DNA of 64,000 bases from Tubulanus polymorphus (taxonomy: Eukaryota; Animalia; Nemertea): NCBI RefSeq assembly GCF_964204645.1, contig NC_134025.1:17583101-17647100 (forward strand). Reading direction: 5' to 3'. Below the pieces are notes generated by a model. The model worked only from the letters and a program-made list of their open reading frames with translations, ran no database searches and had not been told where the DNA came from. Made by a program: the position numbers and the translations under genes. Positions 40,192 to 52,121 of the stretch are shown here, piece after piece (positions within the stretch are counted from its first letter, which is position 1; the number at the start of each line of letters is the position of its first letter).

Positions 40192-41100
40192 AACTAGGGG
40201 TCCAGGAGCACCAGACCCACTTGGAAAATGCTTAAAATTGCTCAACAATCTAAACAATTTCAATGTTAAAAGCCACCTTGTGAACATATATACTGAAACC
40301 AAAGACCTCAAAACTCACCCAAATCATAGAACTTGTCATGAACTACAATTTCGCAACTGATAGTGGTATGAAAATATGCCTTGGTGCCAATATAATAAAG
40401 AAATACTAATAAACTTATTCTGCTATTCAACACCCCCTGGTGACCATATACAAAAACCCCTGAAACTGACAATAATTATAGAAAATGTCATGAGCTACAA
40501 TTTTTCAATTGATTGTAGTAACAAAATATGCCAAGGAACCAACATAATATGGAACTACTGAGTTATTCCGCTATTCTACGCCCCCTGGTGACCATATACA
40601 AAACCAATAACATTGAAACTGACCACAATCATGCAACATGTCATGAGCTACAACTTTGCAATCGATTATGTTTAAAACATATGCATAGGTACTAAATAGT
40701 CAAATTGTATACATTCAATATTCAACGCCAACCCCCCCCCCCCCCCCGTTAGGCGTTGCGAAAACTAAAAACTGGGTAACCCCCATTCCACGTGAGAAGC
40801 TGTATCCTATGACAGTGAAACTAATAATCAAATATCAAGACTTTAATTTAAAACCTGTTTATATTTTCCTCAAAAACCTTTTACCAATTTACGAATCAGT
40901 ACTGATGACACTAAGATGGCCACCAATTGCATGATATTTGGCTGATCACAAAACCAATCTGATATGATACAGATCACTCCTCATAGAATACTCCTCACAA
41001 ATTTCAATGAAAAAATGGGAAACCATTAGCAAGTTACAGGTCTCGGAAATCAGGCCAAAATTGACCTTTTTGGACACAACAAAGGTCAGAATGTACATTA
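40192..41100 (+). mobile_element. HINE-like family B copy with ~150-bp tandem units and a 16-nt poly(C) at 40732-40747
   Basis: Same start (aactaggggtcc) and same unit as 30991-32100. Confidence 0.7.
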
Positions 41101-44100
41101 GGCCATATATAGCATGTGATACACTACTTTATCACTGTTTGGTAGTGACGTATACCTGTGCGCGTGAAGTGCATATCGTTAGCAAAACAAGCTATTCAAT
41201 ATAATGATACAAGTAATTATTCTTCTGAGAGAAGGCTTGCTAGCCGGATATATGTTAAAATCATGAAATGTAGGCCTAAAAATTGACCTCGCCTCGACGC
41301 CGCATAAACTTATATACTAGTTTTTATGGTAATAATAATCACGAGGACTACAAGAGGATTTTCTGACATCTATTAATAGAAAGTGAATAAATGTTTAGAT
41401 CTATTTGAGACATAGGAATTTGGTTAATCCAGACAACAAAAAATATAGCTTCAAAGCAGCGAAAACGGGTTTTTTTTTATAGGCGCGACATCTAGGAGAT
41501 CAACACTAATACCAGATAGAGATCAATGTGCTTTGCAACATACAAAGTACCAAGTTTAGTCAAAATAGGATAACGAAGATGAAGTGCTAGATATCATGAG
41601 CTACTCGGATTGATTGGTGGTAACAAAAGGTCAAAGCATCTTCAACATTTCCCATTCAAAACTTCTGCAAAAATGTTAATTTTACTGAACTGGACACAAG
41701 TCGTCCATCTTGATTCTGATCTGGCTGTAGAAAAGGTTAAGGGTACAAACATACATAACTAACTATTAAGAACATACATAAAAGCGTATCGAAAACTTTA
41801 AGAAAACTAATAAAATTTTATTTGAATTGAAATAGTGATCAGATAAATAGGATTGTAAAACATATGGAAGCCCTGAAGCGACATTATGAATTACGCTTTA
41901 CGTTTTACGAATTACGAGTTACGTTAACCATTTACCATATGAGCTCCCTACATTTCGTATGTCGTGCGAGGTTGAGGTTTTATTCAATTACGTTTTGCGA
42001 CTTACAACCTCAGCTTTACGAATTACGTTTTCCGTTGACTTATTTGCTTTTGCTTCAAGAGTTTTTCAGAAGAATATGGGCTTTACAATGAGGTCAAATC
42101 ATGACGAATGATTGAATGAACCTAACTGAATTTATTTTGCATTTTGAAATAACATTATATATGAATAAAAAAATTGACGGAGTTCCGTATGCTTTTTTTA
42201 TTACAATAAAGAGCAAATAATGAGACTTAGAGAAGTCAAAGGGCATGATGATTCAGAATAATGATTAAAAGTTCCTTTTGATACTATATAGAGATCCATC
42301 CTGCATACAAAAGTCCCAGATTCATTAATAAAATAAATTTACACTGACACTGTCCTGTTATGGCCATGGGCATGATGATCTCAGACGATACAAAGTTGGA
42401 AATGGGTTCACGGACTCAGATAAAGGACCAATGGTCCAGTGGCTCGCCAAACTGGTATAAAGTAAAAAATCTATCATGTAGGCTACCGGTATGCAAAAAT
42501 TCATTTCATTGAAAATAAACAAGAAAAAAATATATAAAAAAGGACTCAATTTTGGTTAGTGTTAACTTCTAATGATAACTGACTTTTAACAAGAATGAAA
42601 TCTTCGAAAAATTGATATGGGCCTTTTTTCTGAACAAATGTTCATAATTTAAATACATCCCTTGAATGACATAAATCGAAAAAACTTAAATTATGAGTGA
42701 CCCGATAAGATACGGTACAAACTTGGTGAGATCCTGGTTTTCATCGGAGGTTTTTCATTATCATACGGAACAATCAGGCTCCCAAGTTCTTGACATGATT
42801 TTCAATGATTTCATGATAGGACTGCTTCATGTAGCTTACATCTTCACTCAGACAAATCGTTGTTACGTGCGACCTGTACCGGGGCATGCGTACTCTATAA
42901 CTGATACAAACACGCAGTGAACACGAGAGTATAAGGCTAAATTGCCTACGCGACTGTACACGACTGTTTTCAACGTGAATGCTCCACTGTGCCGCAGTTA
43001 ACTATCTAATACCAATAATTAGGCTACAAAACGGATCACTAATGCGAACCTTAATGAAAGAACTTCAATGATGATATTCCAGTCATGTAAATATCAGACT
43101 CATCTCAAAAAATTCGATGCTATCAGTAAATTGGCCGTGTGGCAAACACGGAAGTAAATTTTCCGCATTTTGAAACCACATTTTCGTCAGATATCTTGAT
43201 GCAATGTTACCTTACGCACGGGATATCAAAACTAGATGAATTATTGAACACATCGCACACAATAAATCGTTATATCATACGCCTTGAATATCAGTATTCG
43301 CGCTAGAAATGATGAATATCAACCTATTCAATCGTGCTGCCATTTTGTTTGTGAAATAACGCGCACCAGCTGATCCACCTCGTTCAATTTTATGATGTCA
43401 TGATGGAAGTCAAAACCGGGTCAACACAAATTATAAATAACCAAGATTTTGGGGGTTTCGTCTTTAAAAGCCCATAACTACTGAACAAAGCGTCGGACTG
43501 GTATGAAGTTCTTCCGACGCAAATAGCATTGAATTTTCACATGTGTTACTTTGGACAGTTAACGATGCTGCAAAAAAAGCGTGCCCAAATAAATCAAATT
43601 TTTGAAACTTTTTGGTAAATTTCTCAAAAACTATTAAACCCACTTCACGCACAATAAAGAAAAATCAATTACAAAATATATCTTTGCTTAATCCGCTCAA
43701 TTCGCCCATTAGTAGTGAAATTACTTTTTGAGAAAAAATTTTGAGAGTGCTAAAAATAGCTTTGAGCGTAGTGTATCAAGCATACGAATGATTATCGATC
43801 AGCCAGACCGTTGACATAGGCTCGCTATGCCAATAAAAAGCTTAATTGGACTCCACATAGGGGTGGATACAACAAATGAACAAGTCTTAGTTTTTAACAA
43901 TTAAGACGGCATTTAAGCTGCAGTTATCCATCATCGTTAAAAATTAAGTTGAGGAAGCATTCGGCAAAAATACAACCGATCTGTCACATTACAGTGCGGT
44001 CTGTAAGCCACCACGTGGCAATGTTATTGTTATTCACGGAAAGTCCACCACCTTGACCTCTTACGACCCAAAATTTAGTGGTAAATTATTAAAACGTAAT

Positions 44101-46115
44101 TCTTAATGTCGTTTTAGGGCTTCCATACAAACATGTTCAATAAATATGTCCAATCGGATAGTTGATGAACAGGCTCTATCGAGATTGCATCCATGAAACG
44201 ACTGAAGACACTTCATGCAACTAAGTTGAATAGAAAAGGTCCATAAAATGGCAATATGGTTTCTTTATGACCGCTGTAACTGAATCTGTCCACAGGATGA
44301 CTGGCACATGTCGAGTATTGAGGTATATGACGAAGTCGTTTCTGTCAAGCGAGTGAGAACGATGCAATACATAACCCAAATTTGAGGGCCTGCGGCTGAA
44401 TGTTCTGTACGTATCATATGCCAAGGTCACTTCGTTTATGCAGATGATTTATAGCCTCCTCTGATCCACCACTCCATTCTAGTCAGTACTGGCATTTTCT
44501 TCGAGGTATATAATCGTTGTTTTCAGATCGCTTTCAGATTGCTATCACTTAACAATGTTCAATGTGTTTAGTAGACAGAGCTGATTTCACTTTCCCTGAT
44601 TGAATATTCTTGGAGCAATCCTCTCTTTGACTGACGCAGAGACCAATCTCAAGGTCATTAGGTAAAATTATGAATTTAGGAACTAGTAATAAGCGAATGG
44701 TGAATCCTTAATCTAGTTTGGTGTCTGTATTTTTGTCGTGGGATTAATTCGACGTATACATTTAAAACAAGAAAGAAATTCTAAAAATGGGCTTGCTGAC
44801 ATGGTTGTACTGAAAGCTGGCTTGGTGGTTTTGTATCTCTGTAGTAGAATTAATTGAACTTTGAACTGATTACTTTTTAAAGAGCTAAGAGATCGGTGTT
44901 GTCTTACATCACTACATGAAATGTTACACACGGCGACCGGGAATCGGAATGGTTTTATTGTAGACGTGGACCAAGTTAGTGCAAGCTTTTGGATAGTTGT
45001 TATTTGAATATTGTAGTGTCTTAACGGAATCTATCATCATGTTGATAATTGCTAGATTACTTATCAGATTATGTTGAAATGATTTTGCATAGAAACATTT
45101 ACAACTGAAAGAAAAAACGTGACTAACTCGAGTGACTTCAGGTGACAATCCACTACGATCATCCGATAAAGTTTATTGCCAACATAGACTACCACCCATA
45201 AGCGCTTTGGAGACAGGGAACCAGTCTTCAATTCAATTCAGAATTTATTTTACAGAAAAGCGGTTTTTAAGTTTTAGATATTTAAACTGAAAAATATAAA
45301 TGTTCATACAGAGATTTTTCAAATGGCCGCTAATGCAAGCACCCAATGAAAGTAAAAGAAAATTAAAAGAATTTTTTAAAAACGTGAAAGTAAATGTTTT
45401 ATCGTGAAATTTTAATTGTCAATAAAGAATGGATGCGGCGCATGAATACCAATTTCAAGACTGATCACGCACACTCAACCAAGGTTGGTCTGCGCTGCTG
45501 AAATAACAAAAACGATTTAACAAAACACAAAACAATGAAAACGACAACCGATATAGCCAATATATGAAAGGAACCTAGATTTTATCGCGGCATTAAATGT
45601 GTGTAAATATCAGAGCCCAAGTGAGTTTCTAACAAAAGTCATCGACTCCCCAAGCAAGTTGTCAATCCATGTGATAGCAATATGGGCTTACAAGCATACA
45701 AGCCCATGAATATTCTAGCACACGTAGTCAGAGCGCAATAACGCTCACCACATTGATTAGAGTGTTTATTACTGACTAGTAATCGAATCTGAGTGAAGAT
45801 ACACTTTTGGTTAAAAATTAAGCGGATAAATAATAATCCCGACGATTACAAGAGGGTTTTCTGTGAAACAACAGAAAACCCTAATAAAGGGAAATTCCTC
45901 CTCTATTTTCAAAATTTTTATAAACCAAATTCAAACAAATGTGGCTGACTGGTAATGCCAAGGCTACCAGGTATACACACAAGCTATATAGCTTCATTGA
46001 AATTCAATGAGATAGCATACAAGTCTATTTGTTTACCCACTGTGAGCCGGTCACGACTCGCAAAATCTGAAGGTTCAACGATTGTCACCGCCCGGTGTTT
46101 GCATCAGAGTTTTAA

Positions 46116-47632
46116 CCCTTTAACTGGGAATTGGTCGCTAATGAATGATATGACCAGCTATAGTGAATAGAATAGTCAAGTATTGATCTCTGTGAAGCAT
46201 TCTAACTCATTTTCCTGGGAGCAGATGACAACACCACGCAGCCAACAATGTTTAACAAGGCAGGAAAGTGATATATCATACATGCATGTAGTAGGACGTT
46301 TGAAAACCAAGTGTCATGTGGATCAGATTTCTGAAGTTGAGAAGATTGCCAGCAATCATGTCCAATTAAGACGCTCTCTAGCGAGTTCATTGATATTTGC
46401 GCCAAAGTAATAAAAGATTCTGATGATGATTTGTCTTTGGATGAATCCGATGATAGTGCCAATTATGGCTGGCCCCACAATCTGGATGACCTTGGGGGTC
46501 ACAAACCAAGGGTTCAGACCCTGAGGGTAACCCCCCAAAGTTTTCAAACTTGTTATCATTCAAACGCTAGTGAAAAGAGCTTTTATAGAATAAATACTAT
46601 TATGGGGTTATCCCTAATATCTACTATCTACTATCTGTTATCACGATTCCCCTCGCATGGTGCAAAATTGGTCACAGCCTGAACATGAAACGAAATTCTT
46701 AATATGGACTTTCCTAAATTTACATGAGTGTATGTTTAATCAGCATCAAAATTAAACATTGATACACTAGATTAGAGATTATAAGCAGAACAAATGAAAA
46801 CTGGTGAAAACTATTGGATTGAATTCAAATGATGGGAGAAGACTGACATTTTATAGACAATTAGATGGAAAATAAGGACGGAAAATATCAAGAAAAAAAT
46901 GCCTTTTTCGAATTATGAATGGAAACGCATAGGCCTACCAATCTACGGCAGAATTTCAGAGGATCCATGCACCAAGTAATCAAAAAAATGTCCCCCTTCA
47001 TTGAATCCAGAAATTTTCATGAAAATCTGTCTATTGATATGATCTTCATCGCACACAACTGCATGATGATTCATCATGAAATACATGGTAGCCGGTTTTC
47101 CCCAATGACTCAGATAAACACACTACACGTTCATGGTGTGACGATTTCTATATACTGTGTACGAAGTTTGTTAGACAATTAATTTTCATAAATTGAACAA
47201 ATTCCAAGTTCCCAATTTTACTGCCCTTCTATAGAATTCACTTCTTTTCACGGCCAGCCGCGACGAGCCCTGGCAATTGAATCATTTGCAGTTTCCAGGA
47301 AAACTTTAACTAGGCCAACAGACCAATACATCATAGTCTGTAACGAGCGCGTGTGTGAAGCATGAATATACGTAAAAGGGGATGTGTTCTTCCGAAAGGA
47401 AATGTAGTTCCAACAACAAATACATAACTACATTCATAAATAAGCAACGGATTCCGATGAAATTCAATAGGGTTAGAGCTTTTATTACTGCATTGAATGT
47501 TTTAAAAGTTCCGAAGAGAAACTAAGCCTCATTTGGAAGTTATTTTGTACCAAAGGAAGAAAGTTTCACATGCAATAACAAAATGGACTTCGCTAAAGCG
47601 AAAGTACATTAAAACACTTGCTGGTTAAAGGG
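46116..47632 (+). mobile_element. Non-autonomous piggyBac element containing a nested HINE-like repeat
   Basis: TTAA-CCCTTTAAC...GTTAAAGGG-TTAA; acidic DSDDDLSLDESDDS remnant near 46415-46460. Confidence 0.75.
46690..47612 (+). repeat. Repeat family C (HINE-like), second copy at about 50005-51890
   Basis: Long colinear similarity between copies (for example ttaatcagcatcaaaattaaacattg and cacgttcatggtgtgacgatttctata); 3' hairpin atggacttcgctaaagc(g/a)aaagt(a/c)cat. Confidence 0.85.
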
Positions 47633-47639
47633 TTAAATG

Positions 47640-48045
47640 AGCAGCCTCTCGGCTGATACAGCTCCGCTGATAAGATTTTATAAGGACCACCTGTCACAGC
47701 GTGTCCTAGTGTTCCAATCCGGAAAAAAGCTCTATAACTTTTTAGCCCTTGACCCAAAGTATCTACATACTAAGCTTCAACCTGTACAGCGCACCCTAGA
47801 GGTCATATTAGGAAAAAGCCTATAAAACGGCGGTATAAGTGCCACCTGTACAGTGCCCTTAAAGGTTGAATTGAGGAAATGGCTCTTTTGGAAACTTTTT
47901 TAGCGCTTGGCCCATATTAGCTTCATGCCAAGTTTGAAAAATGGTAGCACTAGTAGCAACTTGAAGCAAAAAAGTTGACGGACGGATGGACCGACGAAGA
48001 CAGATACTCCCCCTAACATATCAGCTCCACTATGACCTAAAAATC
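47640..48045 (+). mobile_element. 3' part of another HINE-like element
   Basis: Degenerate internal repeats, then gacggacggatggaccgacg microsatellite and A-rich end. Confidence 0.45.
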
Positions 48046-48124
48046 ATAAGAATAGGACAAATAGAAGCCCCGTAAAACGATGACTACATACCACATGAAT
48101 TTGGCCCCATATGTTTATCTTTAC

Positions 48125-48199
48125 CTCTTCTGTTAATATCCGTTGGGAATCATGAGCTGCAGATATTTGACATTGAAGTCTAACATTTTCTTCCAAAAC
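48125..48199 (-). CDS. TRAK: Coding exon (75 nt, phase 0 to 0) of the TRAK/milton gene
   Basis: Acceptor cattccag and donor GAG|gtaaag. Reads VLEENVRLQCQISAAHDSQRILTEE, resembling TRAK1 CAVENEELVQHLGAAKDAQRQLTAE. Joins the two flanking exons in frame. Confidence 0.85.
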
Positions 48200-48609
48200 C
48201 TGGAATGGTACAAAATATTTATTTATGTTGTGCTTTAGGTTGATGTCTGTCCACGGTTAATTTGGATAAATAGGCTACAAAGGACATATATATTTTTCAG
48301 AACAGGAAAACACATATTTCATTATATAAGAAATGTAAGAAATAAAAATATTAGGCTAACTACTGCTGGCCAGGTAAGCAGTCGTGAAGACCAAAGGTGC
48401 AAAGCCCCTTAGAAAAATTCATGGGGTTTTCGGAGCACCTGAGGCCCATTTCCTGCTTTGACTAATGACAAAATAAGACTGCTGCCACGCGTTTGATCGT
48501 TCGTTGTTTATATCATGAGTAAATGAAAAGGATGGCTCCGACAATATCCAAATCACTAGAACATGTTCATACTTAAATGCACTTTTCGATAAATAGTTGT
48601 GAGTCTAGA

Positions 48610-49280
48610 CAACAGCAATGTTTAGCATTGATATTGTAAAACAGAGAGTTTATGGGCGATTTAATGATTGCTGTATTTGGCACCAAATATTTAGAAAGCA
48701 TGTGTTTAATGGGAGTGGTCATTCAATAAAGGCTTCTCATCCAACAAACAAAATGCAAGAAATTAAGAGTAAGTACTTTGTGGTATTTGAATTTTACAGG
48801 TGCCTTATTTTCATTGACAACCTAAATCAAACAGACTGATATCCGTGATTAGGGAATCATTTTATTAGCACATGTTGCTACAGATCTGCAAATAATCAAA
48901 ATCAGGAGGCCCTGACCTATTTCCTTTTACAGAAATTCATCCACATTACCCTGTATATTATGACATAAAATAATACCACTCAAGGTTAAGACACTATGTA
49001 AAATCAATTGTAAGAATTTGCAGGTGGCTAAGGTTTAAAAGGATTTAAGTTACAAGCCTTTTTAAAATGGTGTCCATAAAAGGTTTGTGGCTCTCTGATA
49101 CGACCCGCTCTCTAGACTCAATTAAAATTCAAAACCCATAACTAACTAACTCCAATGTCATTTTTTGTTATTTCAGATTATGTAAAAGCACAATTCCCAA
49201 ATGCTGAAAAGAGTAGCATTCACGGAGGAAGAAGCTGAACAATATGAAAAGTCATATTCAAATTCCAAATAAGTGTGATA
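48610..49280 (+). pseudogene. BEN-domain-like accessory gene remnant within the right arm of a CMC-type element
   Basis: FMGDLMIAVFGTKYLESMCLMG...KMQEIK, GT-AG intron 48769-49176, then YVKAQFPNAEKSSI..KKLNNMK. Two frameshifts are needed. Confidence 0.45.
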
Positions 49281-49384
49281 AATAATAATAACATAAATGA
49301 AATTGGGTATCCAAGTTCCTTTGGGGTTTCCAAGACTTTTATCTGTGCAGAGAAATACACTTATTGAGTTCACTTCACTAGAAG

Positions 49385-49500
49385 TTTGCTTAAAGTATAC
49401 TTTAAAAAAAGCGAACATTGTTCCAATTCAGTGCACTTTCAAGTGTACTTTTTGAGTGTACTTTCAAGTAGACTTAAAGTCCACTTTATTTTCATAAGGG
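49385..49500. mobile_element. Right terminus of a CMC (EnSpm/CACTA-like) element
   Basis: Ends AAGTCCACTTTATTTTCATAAGGG followed by CA; 22/24 inverted match to 36478-36501; subterminal agtg(c/t)actt repeats. Confidence 0.65.
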
Positions 49501-49787
49501 CATAAGTCGTGAGAAAAAAGTTTAGCAATTAGAAGTAATGTACATTAGTTAATTTAAGAATTCCATACTTGAAAATCGGTGATGTTTGTGCCAGCCATCC
49601 TGAGCACGAAATTATGCGGATAGCCCATTTCTGCAAGTTACATTGCGGTTGAATGTGAGAGATACATGCATTTCCCCATATTATATAAGCAAATTGTATG
49701 TAGGTGACTGTGTACGAAACATAAATTAATATTTTTCAATAGTTCTGCGGAGGAAAACAACCCTTTAACCTATTCAAGATTCTTATA

Positions 49788-52121
49788 CAGTCTACCTCGG
49801 ATGTTATGTCGTTGGATTTACTGTAGATTCACTTTTATCATATCATTTCCCAGGTGCCAATTTCCTTCTATTAGGCCTTAAAAAACCTCATATATACCAT
49901 ATTTTTTATGACGTAGATCACTTATACCATATAAATTGATCCCAATAAGTCAAATCAACGTAATTACCCTAGTATATAACGTATCGCAAAAAATCAACAA
50001 GATATGAAAATCTTAATATGAACTTCCCTAAATTTACATGATTTAGGTTTGTATGTTTAATCAGCATCAAAATTAAACATTGGTAGTCTAGATCAGAGAT
50101 TATAAGCAGAACAAATGAAAAATAGTGAAAACTATTGAATTGAATTCAAATGATGGAAGACTGACTTTTTACAGACAGTGTTGCCAGCACCTAGCTTTGC
50201 TATATCCGGAAGTATTTATTGACATACACAAACTTCCAAGCGCCGAAGGCGCGAAGCCATTTCGGGGGGTTTGGGGGTCCCCCCCAAGAAAATTTCAGAA
50301 ATTAGAAGCGTTTTCCGAGCACTTGGAGCGATAGTGAACCCATGAACAACTTATTATATTCTGGAAGGTATTTCCAATGTGGCACATCCTCATTCATTGA
50401 CGATCAGCATCTTCTCACGCATTACGGGTCGAGTCCTGAATTATTGCAGTTCAAATGCGCCGATGAACGCTCACAAATTCAAGATCAGAGCGCTTGAGCG
50501 CTTAGTTGGCAAGGAAATATTTAAAATTTCGTTAATAATCAATTTATCCGTGAATATTATGCAACTCATTTTCCGGGGAACTATCGCATACGGGCCTATT
50601 GAAAATAAAAAAAATGGAACATTCAAAAAAGGACGGATCATAGATAGTTTAGGCCTAAGCCTATATAGATGATCATAGATGTGTAACTTGAAGGGACGTA
50701 CCTATGAATGCTCTGATAAAGATGATCTAATACAAGCGCGGCGCATCAGCAAGTCAAGTCGTGGTTACAGTACAGAAGTTTATTGAACTACAAAATTTTA
50801 CAATACACATTCGAGTATAAAATCAATAAAGTTATAAGCACTACTCTGTATACTTACACAAAAGCCGCTCGACCGCAGAGCTGCGCGGCGTCGTCATGAC
50901 GATTGGTGGTGGTGCAATCATCACAGCGAATGCGTATGGGTGGCCGTTCTAATAAAAATTAACGGCATTTTCGCGCAGTACGGAGAAGAAAATTTCCGGA
51001 TTTTTTTTTGAAAGTTTCGATTTCCGGAACTCCGGCTATTTCCGGAAGTCTGGCAACACTGTACAGACAATTAGATTGAAAATAAGGACGGAAAATATCA
51101 AGAAAAAAATGTATTTTTTCAAATTATGAATGGAAACGCATACCTATCTTCGGCATGAAGTTTCTGGCAGAATTTCAGATAATCTGTGCTTCAAGTTATC
51201 AAAAAGCCTAAGATGTCCCCCCTTGTTTGAATCCAGAAGTTTTCATGAAAATTTGTCTTTTGATACGATCTCCATCACACACAACTGCATGCCGATTCAT
51301 CATGAATATACATGGTAGTGGGATTTCCTCACTGACTCAAATAGACATTCTCCACGTTCATGGTGTGACGATTTCTATACACTGTGTACAAAGTTTGTTA
51401 GACAATTTATTTTCGTAAATTGAACAATTTCCAAGATTCACTCCCCTCTTTCTCAATTTTACTGCCCTTCTATATTCACTGCTTTCCAGGGCCAGCCGTG
51501 ACAAACCCTGGCAATTGAATCATTTGCAGTTTCCAGAATTACTAGGTCACACGCGAGGCGCGCTTTTTATATACATGCACAGATCAATACACCACAAAGC
51601 AGCGAGTATATTTGCCAGCCATGTGCGTGAAGCATGAATACGCGTGAAAGGGCATGTGTTTTTCCGAAACAAAATGTAGTATTAACAACAAATAAATAAC
51701 TAAATTGATAAATAAGCAACGCATTCCGTTGAAATTCAATAGGGTTGGAGCTTTTATTACTGCATTGAATGTTTTAAAAGTTCTGAAGAGAAACTAAGCC
51801 TCGTTTGGAGGTTATTTTGTACCAAAGGAAGAAAGTTTCATATGCGATAACAAAATGGACTTCGCTAAAGCAAAAGTCCATAAAAAATGAGAAAAAAAAA
51901 ATATAAGTTAAACACGAAAGTTTAGATACAGTGCAATAGCCCTACTACTGTACGTGCACACACATGTCATGTCTGAAATATCGATAGTTTCCATGACAAC
52001 ATTTACATATAGGCATATCATGGCCCTACACGAGTTTCTACGGTAAATACGTATACCGTATTTTGGTTATAACGTATAAATTGTCTGGTCCCAACTGCTA
52101 CGTTACTTCTGAGGTAGAATG
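49788..52121. mobile_element. Old pogo/Tigger-like MITE hosting nested family C repeat and hAT-like element
   Basis: TA-CAGTCTACCTCGGATGTTATG left end; right end reverse complement CATTCTACCTCAGAAGTAACG (16/21). Confidence 0.55.
50176..51061. mobile_element. hAT-like non-autonomous element with apparent 6-bp TSD
   Basis: Perfect 12-bp TIR CAGTGTTGCCAG; TACAGA on both sides; empty site visible in the paralogous copy at about 46850. Confidence 0.8.

Larger units (their letters stand above)
37213..40194 (+). mobile_element. Most complete Helentron/HINE-like family A copy (~3 kb including nested MITE and SINE)
   Basis: Begins acaaaatatagctgcaaagcagcgata and ends in hairpin tagggttttctgtgatgtaacagaaaacccta. 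Contains CR1 RT fragment DFDKAFDK...LKWLSSYL. Confidence 0.7.

Noticed and set aside
44130-45200. Possible additional exon or pseudogene in non-repetitive-looking sequence
   Set aside because: No frame gave a recognisable peptide with compatible splice sites.
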